DNA from: Azospirillum sp. RU38E | GTDB lineage: Bacteria > Pseudomonadota > Alphaproteobacteria > Azospirillales > Azospirillaceae | Direction: 5' to 3' | DNA length: 64,000 nucleotides | Assembly (NCBI GenBank): GCA_943370215.1 | Contig: CALRQC020000027.1 | Coordinates: 2,171 to 66,170 of the forward strand | Part shown: positions 9,063 to 18,244 of the stretch, one piece after another | Numbering within the stretch: position 1 is the stretch's first letter | How the letters are laid out: each line of letters opens with the position of its first letter | Notes under the pieces: model-generated | Database searches by the model: none | Seen by the model: the letters and a program-made list of their open reading frames with translations, nothing else | Told to the model about the DNA's origin: nothing | Program-made: the position numbers and the translations under genes

Positions 9063-10343
9063 GTGAGTGAGGCGCGGCCGATTCAGAAGGTGACGCAGGA
9101 GCAACTGGACCAGTTGGTCAAGCGGCATGAAATGTTCCGCAACGCCCGCATGGGCGGGGCACGCGCCGTATTGACCAATTACGATCTGTCCGGGCTGAAC
9201 CTTTCCGGCCGCGATCTGGCCCATGCCGATCTCACCGGGGCCATCCTGCGGCGGGCCAATCTGGCTGGCGCCAAGCTGGATTGCGCCACCCTGTTCGCCG
9301 CCGACCTGCGTGAAGCGGATATGACCGGTGTGTCATTGGTGAAGGCCGATCTGCGTGGTGCTTGCTTGCGTGGCGCCGACCTGTCCGGGGCCAATCTGGT
9401 GAATGCCGACCTGCGTGATGGCTCCCTGGCCGAACGGACGGCCGATGGCGGTTTCAAGGTACTGGTGGTGGATCAGGACAGTCCCACCGACATGCAAGGG
9501 GCCCGGTTGGCCAATGCCAACCTGTCCCAGGCCAAGTTGTCGGGTGCGGTGGCGATGCATACCGATTTCACCGATGCGGTGATGCGGGGTACCAAGCTGG
9601 TACGCGCCAATCTGCGCAACGCCACCCTGAACGGTGCCATTCTGGAAGGCGCGGACCTGTCCGGTGCCGATGTGCGCGGTGCCAGCCTGAAAGGGGCGGT
9701 GCTGACCGGGGCGCAGATGGTGATGACCGAGTTGGGCGGGGCGGACATGGAAGGCGCTTTGACCGACCGGCCGGCCGGCAAGCCGCAAAGCGATCTGCCC
9801 CGCCCGCTGGAGGAACTGGTGCGGCTGCACGCGCTGTGGGTGGGCAGTGCCGGTCAACAGGGGCTGGCGCTGGACCTTTCTGGTTTCGATCTGCGGGACA
9901 GCACGGCCCTCTCCCATGCCTGTCTGACACGGTTGAGTGCACGGGGGGCCATTTTCTATGGGGTGGACCTTTCGGCCGCGCAAATCCAGGTCGGGCAATT
10001 GCAGGATGCCGATCTGCGTGGTGCCAACCTGTCTGCCGGTGATTTGCGAGGCATCAGCCTGAAGGGCGCCAATCTCAGCAATGCCAACCTGTCAGGGGCC
10101 AATCTGGCCTATCTGCAGATCAATGATACGCGCATGGTGTGCGGCGACCTCTCGGGGGCCAAGCTGCGCCATGCCGACCTTTCGGGGGCCCGGCTGTTGC
10201 GGGCCAATCTGGCCGGGGCCGATCTTTCCTTCGCCAATCTCCTGCGCGCGGATTTGAAGGGGGCCGACCTGTCGGGCGCCAAGCTCGCCGGTGCCAAATT
10301 GCGGCGGGAGCAGTTGGCCGAGGTGGTGGGGTTGAAACTATAA
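9063..10343 (+). CDS. Pentapeptide-repeat protein
   Basis: GTG start. Long runs of A(D/N)LxG pentapeptides (ADLTGAILRRANLAGAKLDCATLFAADLREADMTG...) form two blocks separated by a linker. Confidence 0.85.
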   Translation: MSEARPIQKVTQEQLDQLVKRHEMFRNARMGGARAVLTNYDLSGLNLSGRDLAHADLTGAILRRANLAGAKLDCATLFAADLREADMTGVSLVKADLRGACLRGADLSGANLVNADLRDGSLAERTADGGFKVLVVDQDSPTDMQGARLANANLSQAKLSGAVAMHTDFTDAVMRGTKLVRANLRNATLNGAILEGADLSGADVRGASLKGAVLTGAQMVMTELGGADMEGALTDRPAGKPQSDLPRPLEELVRLHALWVGSAGQQGLALDLSGFDLRDSTALSHACLTRLSARGAIFYGVDLSAAQIQVGQLQDADLRGANLSAGDLRGISLKGANLSNANLSGANLAYLQINDTRMVCGDLSGAKLRHADLSGARLLRANLAGADLSFANLLRADLKGADLSGAKLAGAKLRREQLAEVVGLKL

Positions 10344-10347
10344 AAAA

Positions 10348-10373
10348 GGGCGGCCCCGTCGCCAGGGCCGCCC
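10348..10373. terminator. Bidirectional terminator between convergent pentapeptide-repeat and sppA genes
   Basis: AAAAAA-GGGCGGCCC-N8-GGGCCGCCC-GTTCTTC. Confidence 0.55.
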
Positions 10374-10406
10374 GTTCTTCTATGCCATGATCCAGGCGAG
10401 TGGCTA

Positions 10407-12269
10407 TTACAGCCCCTGCGTCGCCATGGCCGGCATCATGATTGTGTTCTCCTCTCCGCTGCGCAGGATGGGCAGCAGGGGGGACAGAACGGGCCGCACG
10501 TCGGCCAGCGCATCGGCTGCCATGCGGGCGCTGACGGCAGCGCGCAGGTCGCCCACGCTGACCTCACCCGACATCAACTTCATCACCATTTCCAACGGGC
10601 TGCGCTGGGCCGGGTAATTGATCATGAACAGGCGCTGATCCTCGCTGACGCCCAGCGCCTCACGCACCAGCTTGATCGCCACCTGATAGCCGCCCAGCGC
10701 GTCCACCAGCCCCAGTTCCTTGGCTTGCCGCCCGGTATAGACGCGACCCTTGGCGATTTCCCGCACCTTTTCCAGCGGCAGCTTGCGCCCTTCGGCGACA
10801 CCACTGGTGAAGGCGCCGTATGTGGCATCCAGGAAGGCGTTCAGCTTGGCATCCTGTTCCGGGCTGAAGGGCGTGTTGGCCGACCACATGCCGGCATTCG
10901 CACCCCGGCTGAACGGGGCGAAGTTGACACCCACCATGTCGGTCAGGCCCTTGGTCACCATCTTGCCGGCGACCACGCCGATGGAACCGGTGATGGTGGC
11001 CGGCTGGGCGACGATCTTGTCCGCCCCCATCGACACCCAATAGCCGCCCGACGCGGCAACAGCGCCCATGGAGACGATCACCGGCTTGCCGGCGGCCTTG
11101 GCCTGCAACACCTTGCGGCGCACCACCTCCGACGCCACGGCGCTGCCGCCGGGGCTGTTGACGCGGAACAGGATGGCCTTCACCTGCTCATTCTCGATTG
11201 CCTCGTCAAAGGCAGCGGCAATGGTGGTGGCGCCAAAGCTCTCCGACCCGGACAGCGGATCGACATTGGATTCGCCGCGCATGATGGCGCCTTCACCCAC
11301 GATGACCGCCACGACGGGGGAATTATCGGTGGGCAGCTTCATCTTGCTGGTCGCACTGGCGATCTTGGCATAATCCAGCACCGAAACCAGTTGCGCCACA
11401 CCATCGCCCTTGGGGGCCTTCAGCGGCTGGTCGGCGGGGGGCGGCACCTGGCCGCTGGCCTTCAGCAGGGCCCAGGCCACCGCCTCATCCCAATAGGCCA
11501 GCCGGTCGACCAGCTTGGCATCCAGGGCGGCCTTGTCCAGCAGCGGGGCATTGTCCACCGCGCGGCGCACGGCATCCAGCGCCAGCCCGCGATCAGCGGC
11601 CACGCCGGCCACCCATTGTTCATAAAGATCGCCCACCAGTGCATCGGTGGACTCACGGTTGGCGGCCGACGGCCCGGTTTCCGTATATTGCTCCGCGAAG
11701 GTCTTATATTCCTCCCGCTTACGGAATTCCGGCTGCACCTGCAGCTTGTCCAGCGTGCCGCGGAAGAAGGTCAGTTCCGCCTGCATCCCGGTGATGCCCA
11801 GATCGCCCATGGGCTGCAGCCAGATCTGCTCAAACGCGCTGGCCAGATAATAGGGCTGCATCCCATTGCCGGTTTCACCGAAGCTTTCGGCATGGACGAT
11901 GGCGAAACGCCCGGTCTTGCGGAAGGCGGCGATGGCATCGCGCAGTTCCTGCGACTGGGCAAAGGGGAAGGCCGGGTTGCCGGTGCGGGCGATGATACCC
12001 TTCACCCGCCCATCCTTGGCGGCGTTGTTGAGCGCCATGATCACCTGGCTCAAGGTGGCACGACGTTCCCCGATCAGGCCAGAGATGGGATCGTTGGGGG
12101 GGGCCTCTGCCAACGGCTTTTCCAGGTCCAGTTCCAGCACGATATTATCGGGCAGGCTGGGGGCGCGGTTGGAGAAATGGATGGCGAGCCCGATGAGCAG
12201 GCTGGTGGCCAGCACGCCCAATAGACCCAGAATGGCGAAAACGCGGACGATGATACGCATGAACCTCAT
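10407..12269 (-). CDS. sppA: Signal peptide peptidase SppA, 67K (two-domain) type
   Basis: N-terminal TM segment (IIVRVFAILGLLGVLATSLL), two ClpP/crotonase-like halves, and the RVNSPGGSAVASE and AASGGYW motifs. The start is set at ATG 12269 (or 12260), just before the TM segment. The track start at 12383 is unlikely. Confidence 0.9.
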   Translation of the reverse strand: MRFMRIIVRVFAILGLLGVLATSLLIGLAIHFSNRAPSLPDNIVLELDLEKPLAEAPPNDPISGLIGERRATLSQVIMALNNAAKDGRVKGIIARTGNPAFPFAQSQELRDAIAAFRKTGRFAIVHAESFGETGNGMQPYYLASAFEQIWLQPMGDLGITGMQAELTFFRGTLDKLQVQPEFRKREEYKTFAEQYTETGPSAANRESTDALVGDLYEQWVAGVAADRGLALDAVRRAVDNAPLLDKAALDAKLVDRLAYWDEAVAWALLKASGQVPPPADQPLKAPKGDGVAQLVSVLDYAKIASATSKMKLPTDNSPVVAVIVGEGAIMRGESNVDPLSGSESFGATTIAAAFDEAIENEQVKAILFRVNSPGGSAVASEVVRRKVLQAKAAGKPVIVSMGAVAASGGYWVSMGADKIVAQPATITGSIGVVAGKMVTKGLTDMVGVNFAPFSRGANAGMWSANTPFSPEQDAKLNAFLDATYGAFTSGVAEGRKLPLEKVREIAKGRVYTGRQAKELGLVDALGGYQVAIKLVREALGVSEDQRLFMINYPAQRSPLEMVMKLMSGEVSVGDLRAAVSARMAADALADVRPVLSPLLPILRSGEENTIMMPAMATQGL

Positions 12270-12438
12270 CCAATGGCTTGGGGCAAAACGGGAATAAACC
12301 TTTCCCCTTTGCGACAGAGTAAACGGGCGCGTCGTGGGCCGCCAGCGATGAAACCAATTGGTTACGTGCCGGGGCTGCCGCAAGCATCAAGACCCAATCT
12401 TTATTGTCCGCCGGAGCGGGGCCGATTATCGTCCGCTC

Positions 12439-13911
12439 ATGCCCGCGCCCGATTTGCCCATCATCCTGCCCCTGCCGCCGCTTGACCCGGCCACCGCCTT
12501 TGCTGACCTGGCGGGGGAGGGTGGTGCCATGCTGCTGGATGGCGGCGCGGCGGATCAGGGCCGCGCCCGCCATAGCATCATTGCGGCTGATCCGTTCGCC
12601 TGGCTGGAAGCGACGGGCAGGCTGGTACGCCGCGACGGGCAGGCTGTGGCGACCGATCCTTTCACCGCCCTGGCGGACCTGTTGCGCCCTTTCAGGCGGC
12701 GCGTTGTCGCCGGTCTGCCGCCTTTCCAGGGCGGCGCCGTGGGCTTGCTGGGTTATGAGCTGGGGGGCTGGCTGGAACGGTTGCCGCTGCCGCAGGGCCA
12801 GGGGTTGGACCTGCCGGATATGGCGGTCGGGTTCTATGACACGGTGGCTGTGTTCGATCACCAGACGGGCCAGGGTTGGGTGATCAGTGGCGGGGAGCGG
12901 GAGCCGGATGCCGCACGCCGGCCCGCTGTGGCAAGTGCCTTGGCGGAACGGTTGCATGGCCGGTTGTCGGCAACGCCTGCTGTAACGCCAACGGCGGGGC
13001 CGATTCTGCGGGCGCCTGGCTGGCAGGCGGAATTCACCCCCGCCGCCTATCGTGCCGCTATTGCCCGTGTTTTGGATTATATTGCCGCCGGCGATATCTA
13101 TCAGGCGAACATGACCCAGCGCTTCCTAGGCCGGTTGGCACCGGGGGTTAGCGCCTGGGATGCTTATCGGGCATTGCGGCCGCGCACCGCGTCCCCCTTT
13201 TCGGCCTTCCTTAATCTGGGCCGGGGCAGGGCGCTGGCGTCCGGGTCACCGGAACGATTCCTGGCACTGGATGCCGAGGGCCATATCGAGACACGTCCCA
13301 TCAAGGGCACCCGCCCGCGCCATGCTGACCCGGCGCAGGATGCGGCCTTGGCCGCCGAACTGCTGGCCAGCGAGAAGGACCGGGCCGAGAATCTGATGAT
13401 CGTCGACCTGCTGCGCAATGACCTGTCCCGCGTGGCGGAAATTGGCAGTGTTGCCGTGCCCAGCCTGTGGGGGTTGGAAAGTTATCGTACCGTCCACCAC
13501 CTGACCTCTGTGGTGACAGCACGGTTGCGGTCCGGCCTGGGGCCGATTGACCTGCTCCGGGCCGCGTTTCCTGGCGGCTCCATCACCGGGGCCCCGAAAA
13601 TTCGCGCCATGGAGATCATCCATGAGCTGGAACCGGCACGGCGTGGTGCCTATTGCGGATCGGTTGTCTGGATCGGCTGGGATGGGGCGATGGACAGCTC
13701 CATTATTATCCGTACCGCGGCCATTGCGGGTGACCTTATCCAGGTGCAGGCAGGTGGTGGAATCGTGGCAGACAGCGATCCGGAGGCCGAGTATCAGGAA
13801 AGCCTGACCAAGGCCCGTGCCCTTTTGACCGCCTTTGATCCCGGCATGGTCTGGCCGCCCACCGCCGGGCTGGCCGCACCGGGGGACAGGAATGCGGGGG
13901 AGGCGGCATGA
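12439..13911 (+). CDS. pabB: Aminodeoxychorismate synthase component I
   Basis: Chorismate-binding blocks GSPERFL, PIKGTRPR, DRAENLMIVDLLRNDLSRV, GGSITGAPKIRAMEII and RGAYCGS. It is translationally coupled to a class IV aminotransferase. Confidence 0.85.
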   Translation: MPAPDLPIILPLPPLDPATAFADLAGEGGAMLLDGGAADQGRARHSIIAADPFAWLEATGRLVRRDGQAVATDPFTALADLLRPFRRRVVAGLPPFQGGAVGLLGYELGGWLERLPLPQGQGLDLPDMAVGFYDTVAVFDHQTGQGWVISGGEREPDAARRPAVASALAERLHGRLSATPAVTPTAGPILRAPGWQAEFTPAAYRAAIARVLDYIAAGDIYQANMTQRFLGRLAPGVSAWDAYRALRPRTASPFSAFLNLGRGRALASGSPERFLALDAEGHIETRPIKGTRPRHADPAQDAALAAELLASEKDRAENLMIVDLLRNDLSRVAEIGSVAVPSLWGLESYRTVHHLTSVVTARLRSGLGPIDLLRAAFPGGSITGAPKIRAMEIIHELEPARRGAYCGSVVWIGWDGAMDSSIIIRTAAIAGDLIQVQAGGGIVADSDPEAEYQESLTKARALLTAFDPGMVWPPTAGLAAPGDRNAGEAA

Positions 13912-14654
13912 GCAGCATCTGGCTGAATGGCGAATTCCTGCCGGCGGACAAGCCGGCTTTGTTGCCCAATGACCGGGGGCTGACCCTGGGTGACGGGCTG
14001 TTTGAGACCATTGCCGTGAAGGCAAACACCCCGTTGCGGCTGGCGGCGCATTTTCAGCGGCTGCGTTCGGGGGCTGACTTTCTGGGGCTGACCGTGCCTG
14101 TGGCTGACGAGGCGCTGGCCGTCGCTGTGGCGGGGATTGCGGCTGCCAATGGGCTGCATGATGCAGCGGTGCGGTTGACCTTGACGGCGGGGCCGGCCCC
14201 ACGTGGTTTGCCGCGTGCGGCGGTATTGAACCCAACCCTGTTGTTGACCGCAGGGCCCTTGCCGGGTGATTTGCCGCCGGCGCGGCTGATCATCGCCACC
14301 CGCACCTGCCGCAATGAACATTCCCCCCTGTCGCGGCTGAAAACGCTGAATTATCTGGATAGCATCATCGCCCGTAATGAGGCGCAGGTGCGTGATGCCG
14401 ACGATGCGATCTTGCTGAACAGCCGTGGGCAGGTGGCGGAGGCCAGTGCCGCCAACCTGTTCGCCCGCATCGACGGCCATTGGGTCACCCCGCCTGTTAC
14501 CGACGGGGCTCTGCCGGGCACCATGCGCGCAGCCTTGTTGAAGGCTTGGGGCGCACGGGAACAGAGCCTGTTGCCAGCCGATCTGGATCGGGCAGACGAG
14601 ATGGTACTGACCACCGCACTGGGCATTCGCCCTGTCCGTGCCTTGCTGGGCTGA
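13908..14654 (+). CDS. pabC: Aminodeoxychorismate lyase / class IV aminotransferase-fold protein
   Basis: ATGA overlap with pabB. Short class IV fold (GDGLFET, LKTLNYL, EASAANLF). Confidence 0.8.
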   Translation: MSSIWLNGEFLPADKPALLPNDRGLTLGDGLFETIAVKANTPLRLAAHFQRLRSGADFLGLTVPVADEALAVAVAGIAAANGLHDAAVRLTLTAGPAPRGLPRAAVLNPTLLLTAGPLPGDLPPARLIIATRTCRNEHSPLSRLKTLNYLDSIIARNEAQVRDADDAILLNSRGQVAEASAANLFARIDGHWVTPPVTDGALPGTMRAALLKAWGAREQSLLPADLDRADEMVLTTALGIRPVRALLG

Positions 14655-14665
14655 AGGCGTTCCAG

Positions 14666-16690
14666 CTACCCGGCGGCTTTCACGCGGCCTGTCAGAAAAC
14701 GTAGCTCGAAAATATTGGCAGGCACGGGGGGCGAGACAAGATAGCCTTGCAGCGTCTGGCAATTCATGGCGCTCAACCAGGCCCGCTGTTCCTCGGTCTC
14801 CACCCCCTCGGCCACGATCTCCAGCCCCAGGCGAAGCCCCAGCTCCAAAATAGTGGCGGCGATGGCGGCATCACCGGGGACGGTGGCCATCAAGGCCCGA
14901 TCGATCTTCAACTCCGTCAGCGGGATACGCCGTAGATGGGAGAGGGAGGAATAACCGGTGCCAAAGTCATCCATGGCAATGCCAACGCCAATCTCCCGCA
15001 GCCTGTGCAGGGTGATGAAATCGCCGCTCGCCTGGTTCATCGCTGCCGTTTCGGTGATTTCCAGTGTCAGCAGGGCGGGGGGCAACCCACTGAGCGTCAG
15101 GGCGTTGCGCACCTTGTCGGGGAAGCTGGCATCGGCCAGTTGTCGGGGACTGACATTCACCGCCACATTCAGATCGCCATGGCGCTGGCGCCAGAGCGCC
15201 GCCTGCCGACAAGCGTCGCGTAATACCCATTCCCCTATCGGAATGATCAGGCCGGTTTCTTCCGCAACCGGAATGAAATCCGCAGGTGAGATATCCCCTT
15301 CATCGGTACGCCAGCGTAATAAAGCTTCTGCTCCCTGTAGAGACAGGTCATGCGGGCTCATCTTCGGCTGATAGAACAGCACGAACTCTTCGCGCAGTTC
15401 AGCAACCCGCAATCTTGCCTCGGTTTTCAGCCGGCTGATCGCCTTCTCCGACATTTCGGCGGAAAACATCCGCCAGCCTGCCCCGCCGGCGGCCTTGGCC
15501 GCATACATGGCAATATCTGCGGAACGCAGGATGCTGGCACTATCCTCCCCATCGCCGGGCCAGATGCCGATGCCGATGGAGGCACTGACATGCAGTTGCT
15601 GACCAAGGATTTCCAGCGGCCGGGCGATCGCCATCAGGATGCGATCTGCCACCTGGATCGCTTCTTTGGGCTCATGGACCTCTTCCACGATCACCAGAAA
15701 TTCATCACCCCCCAGGCGGCCGACCGTATCGGAACCCCTCAAGGTCTGCGCCAGGCGCCCGGCAGCGGCCTGCAACAGCCGGTCCCCGACTTCATGTCCC
15801 AGACTGTCATTGATGGTCTTGAAACGGTCCAGATCCAGGAAAAACACGGCGATGCCATCCCCGCTTCGCCGGGCGCGTGACAGGGCATGGTCCAGCCGCT
15901 CCAGCAATAAAGCGCGGTTGGGCAGGCCGGTCAGCGGATCGCGTGTGGCCAACTGGCGCAACTGTTCATGGGAGTTGTCCAGTCGTTCCAGCGTTTCGTT
16001 GATGCGCTGGGTCAGTCGCCCCAACTCATCCTGTTCATGTCCAACGGGAAGTGGCAGACGCTTGTGGCTGCGGCCACCGATATCCAGCATGGCGATATGC
16101 TGTTCCAATGCCAACAGGGGGCGGGTCAGGAAACGATGGAACACCAGTGTCAGGGCCAGTCCCAGCAACAGGTTGCGCAACAGACCGCTCAGCAGGGTAG
16201 ATGTTACGAAGGCGATATAATCGGCTGACAGCCGGCTCATATCGAAATGGATGCGCAGTACCCCGATAGGGGGGCGGCTTCGCCCATCGGGTTGCGGGCG
16301 GTAGAGGGGGCGGTCGCTGATACGCAGATCATCAAAAACCAGCCAGCCCATCGGATTGGTTGGGGCTTGCCCTGTTCCGCCGTTGCGGAACTGCCGCCAT
16401 AGCGGCTGCTCCGGGGTGAGCAGGATCTCCAGCCCGTCGATGGCACCGATGGAAAGGGCCGACAGACCGATCTGTTCGGCCAACCCTTCATCGACGTTCC
16501 AGGCGGCAGTGGCCGCACCACCTTCCAGCAGATCCAGCATCTGGCTTGCAAGATCTGCGGCCTTGCTGCGTTCACGCCAAGTGGCCCAGGCCACCTCCAG
16601 TATCGACAGGGACAGGCCGATCAGACAGGCTGCCAGTACGGCCCTTGCCGCTTGCCGCGCTGCCAGTGATTTGGCCAGATTGCCAAGCAT
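14666..16690 (-). CDS. Membrane sensor GGDEF-EAL protein (diguanylate cyclase / c-di-GMP phosphodiesterase)
   Basis: Two TM segments flank a periplasmic region. HAMP-like linker, then RLGGDEFLV (GGDEF), then EALLRW, DDFGTGYSSL and LKIDRAL (EAL). The start is set at ATG 16690, before the first TM segment. Confidence 0.9.
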   Translation of the reverse strand: MLGNLAKSLAARQAARAVLAACLIGLSLSILEVAWATWRERSKAADLASQMLDLLEGGAATAAWNVDEGLAEQIGLSALSIGAIDGLEILLTPEQPLWRQFRNGGTGQAPTNPMGWLVFDDLRISDRPLYRPQPDGRSRPPIGVLRIHFDMSRLSADYIAFVTSTLLSGLLRNLLLGLALTLVFHRFLTRPLLALEQHIAMLDIGGRSHKRLPLPVGHEQDELGRLTQRINETLERLDNSHEQLRQLATRDPLTGLPNRALLLERLDHALSRARRSGDGIAVFFLDLDRFKTINDSLGHEVGDRLLQAAAGRLAQTLRGSDTVGRLGGDEFLVIVEEVHEPKEAIQVADRILMAIARPLEILGQQLHVSASIGIGIWPGDGEDSASILRSADIAMYAAKAAGGAGWRMFSAEMSEKAISRLKTEARLRVAELREEFVLFYQPKMSPHDLSLQGAEALLRWRTDEGDISPADFIPVAEETGLIIPIGEWVLRDACRQAALWRQRHGDLNVAVNVSPRQLADASFPDKVRNALTLSGLPPALLTLEITETAAMNQASGDFITLHRLREIGVGIAMDDFGTGYSSLSHLRRIPLTELKIDRALMATVPGDAAIAATILELGLRLGLEIVAEGVETEEQRAWLSAMNCQTLQGYLVSPPVPANIFELRFLTGRVKAAG

Positions 16691-17050
16691 CCTTGTCGGT
16701 TCCGGATATTGCCGAAGTGATGGGTACGCACAGCGCCTGACCGACCAACGTACCCCAAGTCGATCATAATCGACCTGAGAACGCCGGGAGGGCAGGTGTA
16801 TGGGCAGAGGGGATAATGGACCAAATCCATCACGCCAAAAATATAACCGGTTGTATAGGAAATACTTTTGGTGGCGGTCTGGGCAATGAAAAAGGGCCAC
16901 CTTTTCAGGCGACCCTTTTCCAATGATGTCGCCCCGTTTGGGACGATTGCCTGAAAACCGCAGCTTGTACCACGTTGCCGTTGAGCGGACCGATCATTGG
17001 GCTCAATCGCCAGCGCCGTCTCTAGCGGCTTGGCTTGCCGCACGTGGTAT

Positions 17051-17083
17051 CAGTTCCCGATGAATTCTGATCATCGGGAACTG
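17051..17083 (-). terminator. Perfect 13-bp hairpin 3 nt after the stop of the small ORF
   Basis: CAGTTCCCGATGA-ATTCTGA-TCATCGGGAACTG. There is no U tract, so this is a terminator or processing hairpin candidate only. Confidence 0.4.
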
Positions 17084-17086
17084 GTA

Positions 17087-17281
17087 TTAGCTGGCAGTCT
17101 TCAGCTTGCGGAAGCTTGCCCACAGCGGGGTGGGGTTTTTGTCCAGATCGAAAGCCCGGGCCGTCTTCGGGTCCATGCCCTGGCGTACACATTCCAGTGT
17201 GAACATGTTAGTCTGGGCCGGGTCAAGGCCATACTCGCGGCAGGCCGTATCGAAGCTCTGCTCAAAATCCGCGCTGCTCAT
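17087..17281 (-). CDS. Small hypothetical protein (64 aa)
   Basis: GC3-rich codon usage like neighbouring genes and a balanced acidic/basic composition (MSSADFEQSFDTACREYGLDPAQ...). A hairpin follows directly. No family recognised. Confidence 0.5.
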   Translation of the reverse strand: MSSADFEQSFDTACREYGLDPAQTNMFTLECVRQGMDPKTARAFDLDKNPTPLWASFRKLKTAS

Positions 17282-18244
17282 TCCATATCACCGTACAAGC
17301 GTGTCTCACCCGAAGGGCTGCCCCATGGTCGCCCGTTCCCTGTTGCACCTGCGAAGCCGGCATTTTAATGAGCCGGAGATGGGAAGGTGTTGATTGGGAA
17401 GTAAGGCACCCTTCGCTGACAGAACAATCCTTCCGCCCTTCCGTTGCAATGGCGAAGAACGCAGGTCCGCTTTCTCTTCTGCGGGGGCAAGGCCGACAGA
17501 CGGTCTTCCGGGTCGATTCGGGGGGCAAGTGGTAGAAAGCGATTAAATGCCGATCTCCTTGCCTGCCTTGTTTTGAACAATCGGCTGGTAGACGCTTGCC
17601 GTTAAGGATTGATGAAGGGCGGTTTCCGGAAAGGCGATCATCAGTATGGGGTATCATCCCTTTACCTTTTGCCCGGCTTAGGTCCATTCTTTCATTACAC
17701 ATGGGTGGAAGCGCCCTCAATCTGGGGCTACCCAGCGTGCCGGCCGGGTTTGACAGAAATCGAACCGGTACCGGAAGTAACAAGCCGTCCCTTGGGTGTG
17801 CCGGCACGGGCACCAGGATGACGGCGTGGTTCTAAGGACAAGCGTGACGACGGCCTTGGTTTGGCCGGTCGGGTTCCGGTTGTGAAGAATATCCCAATGA
17901 ACGCGCACTGCCCCTTGCTTCGTTATGGGCAGTCAACAATCTGAGTCAGGTACAGAAGTTTTCACAGCGTGACGAAGGGACATGCGGTGATGTGCTTCCA
18001 GAGGGCCAGGGCGGTCGTACCCGGCCGGCGGATTTCCGCCGGGGTGGCGATTGCGGGCTTGAAGGACGGCACGAAGGGGTGGCACGCCGCCATCCATTCC
18101 CTTCCACGAATTGCCATAAGGGTCGTCCGCGTTTGCCCGGGCGCCGCCGCTGCCAGCCCCCGCTTCGCCCCCTGTTGGAACCGCCACCGGTCCAGCAATA
18201 TCCGGCCTTTACCCGATGGCCGGACCGGTTGCCGATGAAGGAGA

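Noticed and set aside
12145-12957. 270-aa minus-strand ORF spanning the sppA/pabB divergent region
   Set aside because: It crosses an intergenic promoter region and overlaps two well-supported genes on their antisense strands. R/P/A-rich junk composition.
17262-17813. 183-aa minus-strand ORF, plus several 60-100 aa ORFs on both strands, inside the 17.3-18.2 kb gap
   Set aside because: R/P/G/S-rich with no hydrophobic periodicity or recognisable motif. Codon third positions are not GC-enriched as in real genes here.
18080-18095. TGGCAC-N5-CATCC resembling a sigma-54 -24/-12 promoter upstream of prkA
   Set aside because: The -12 element lacks the required TTGC/GC core, so only the -24 half matches.
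17282-18244. Attempted to read the gap as RNase P RNA, tmRNA, SRP RNA, 6S RNA, a cobalamin riboswitch or an ORF-less group II intron
   Set aside because: Key conserved strings were absent on both strands: GGAAAGTCCGG and ACAGAANCCGGCTTA for RNase P, an alpha-type tag reading frame, the SRP GGAA tetraloop helix, the B12 box, and a GAGC...domain V helix. A minus-strand GTGCGCG at about 17905 is not followed by group II features.
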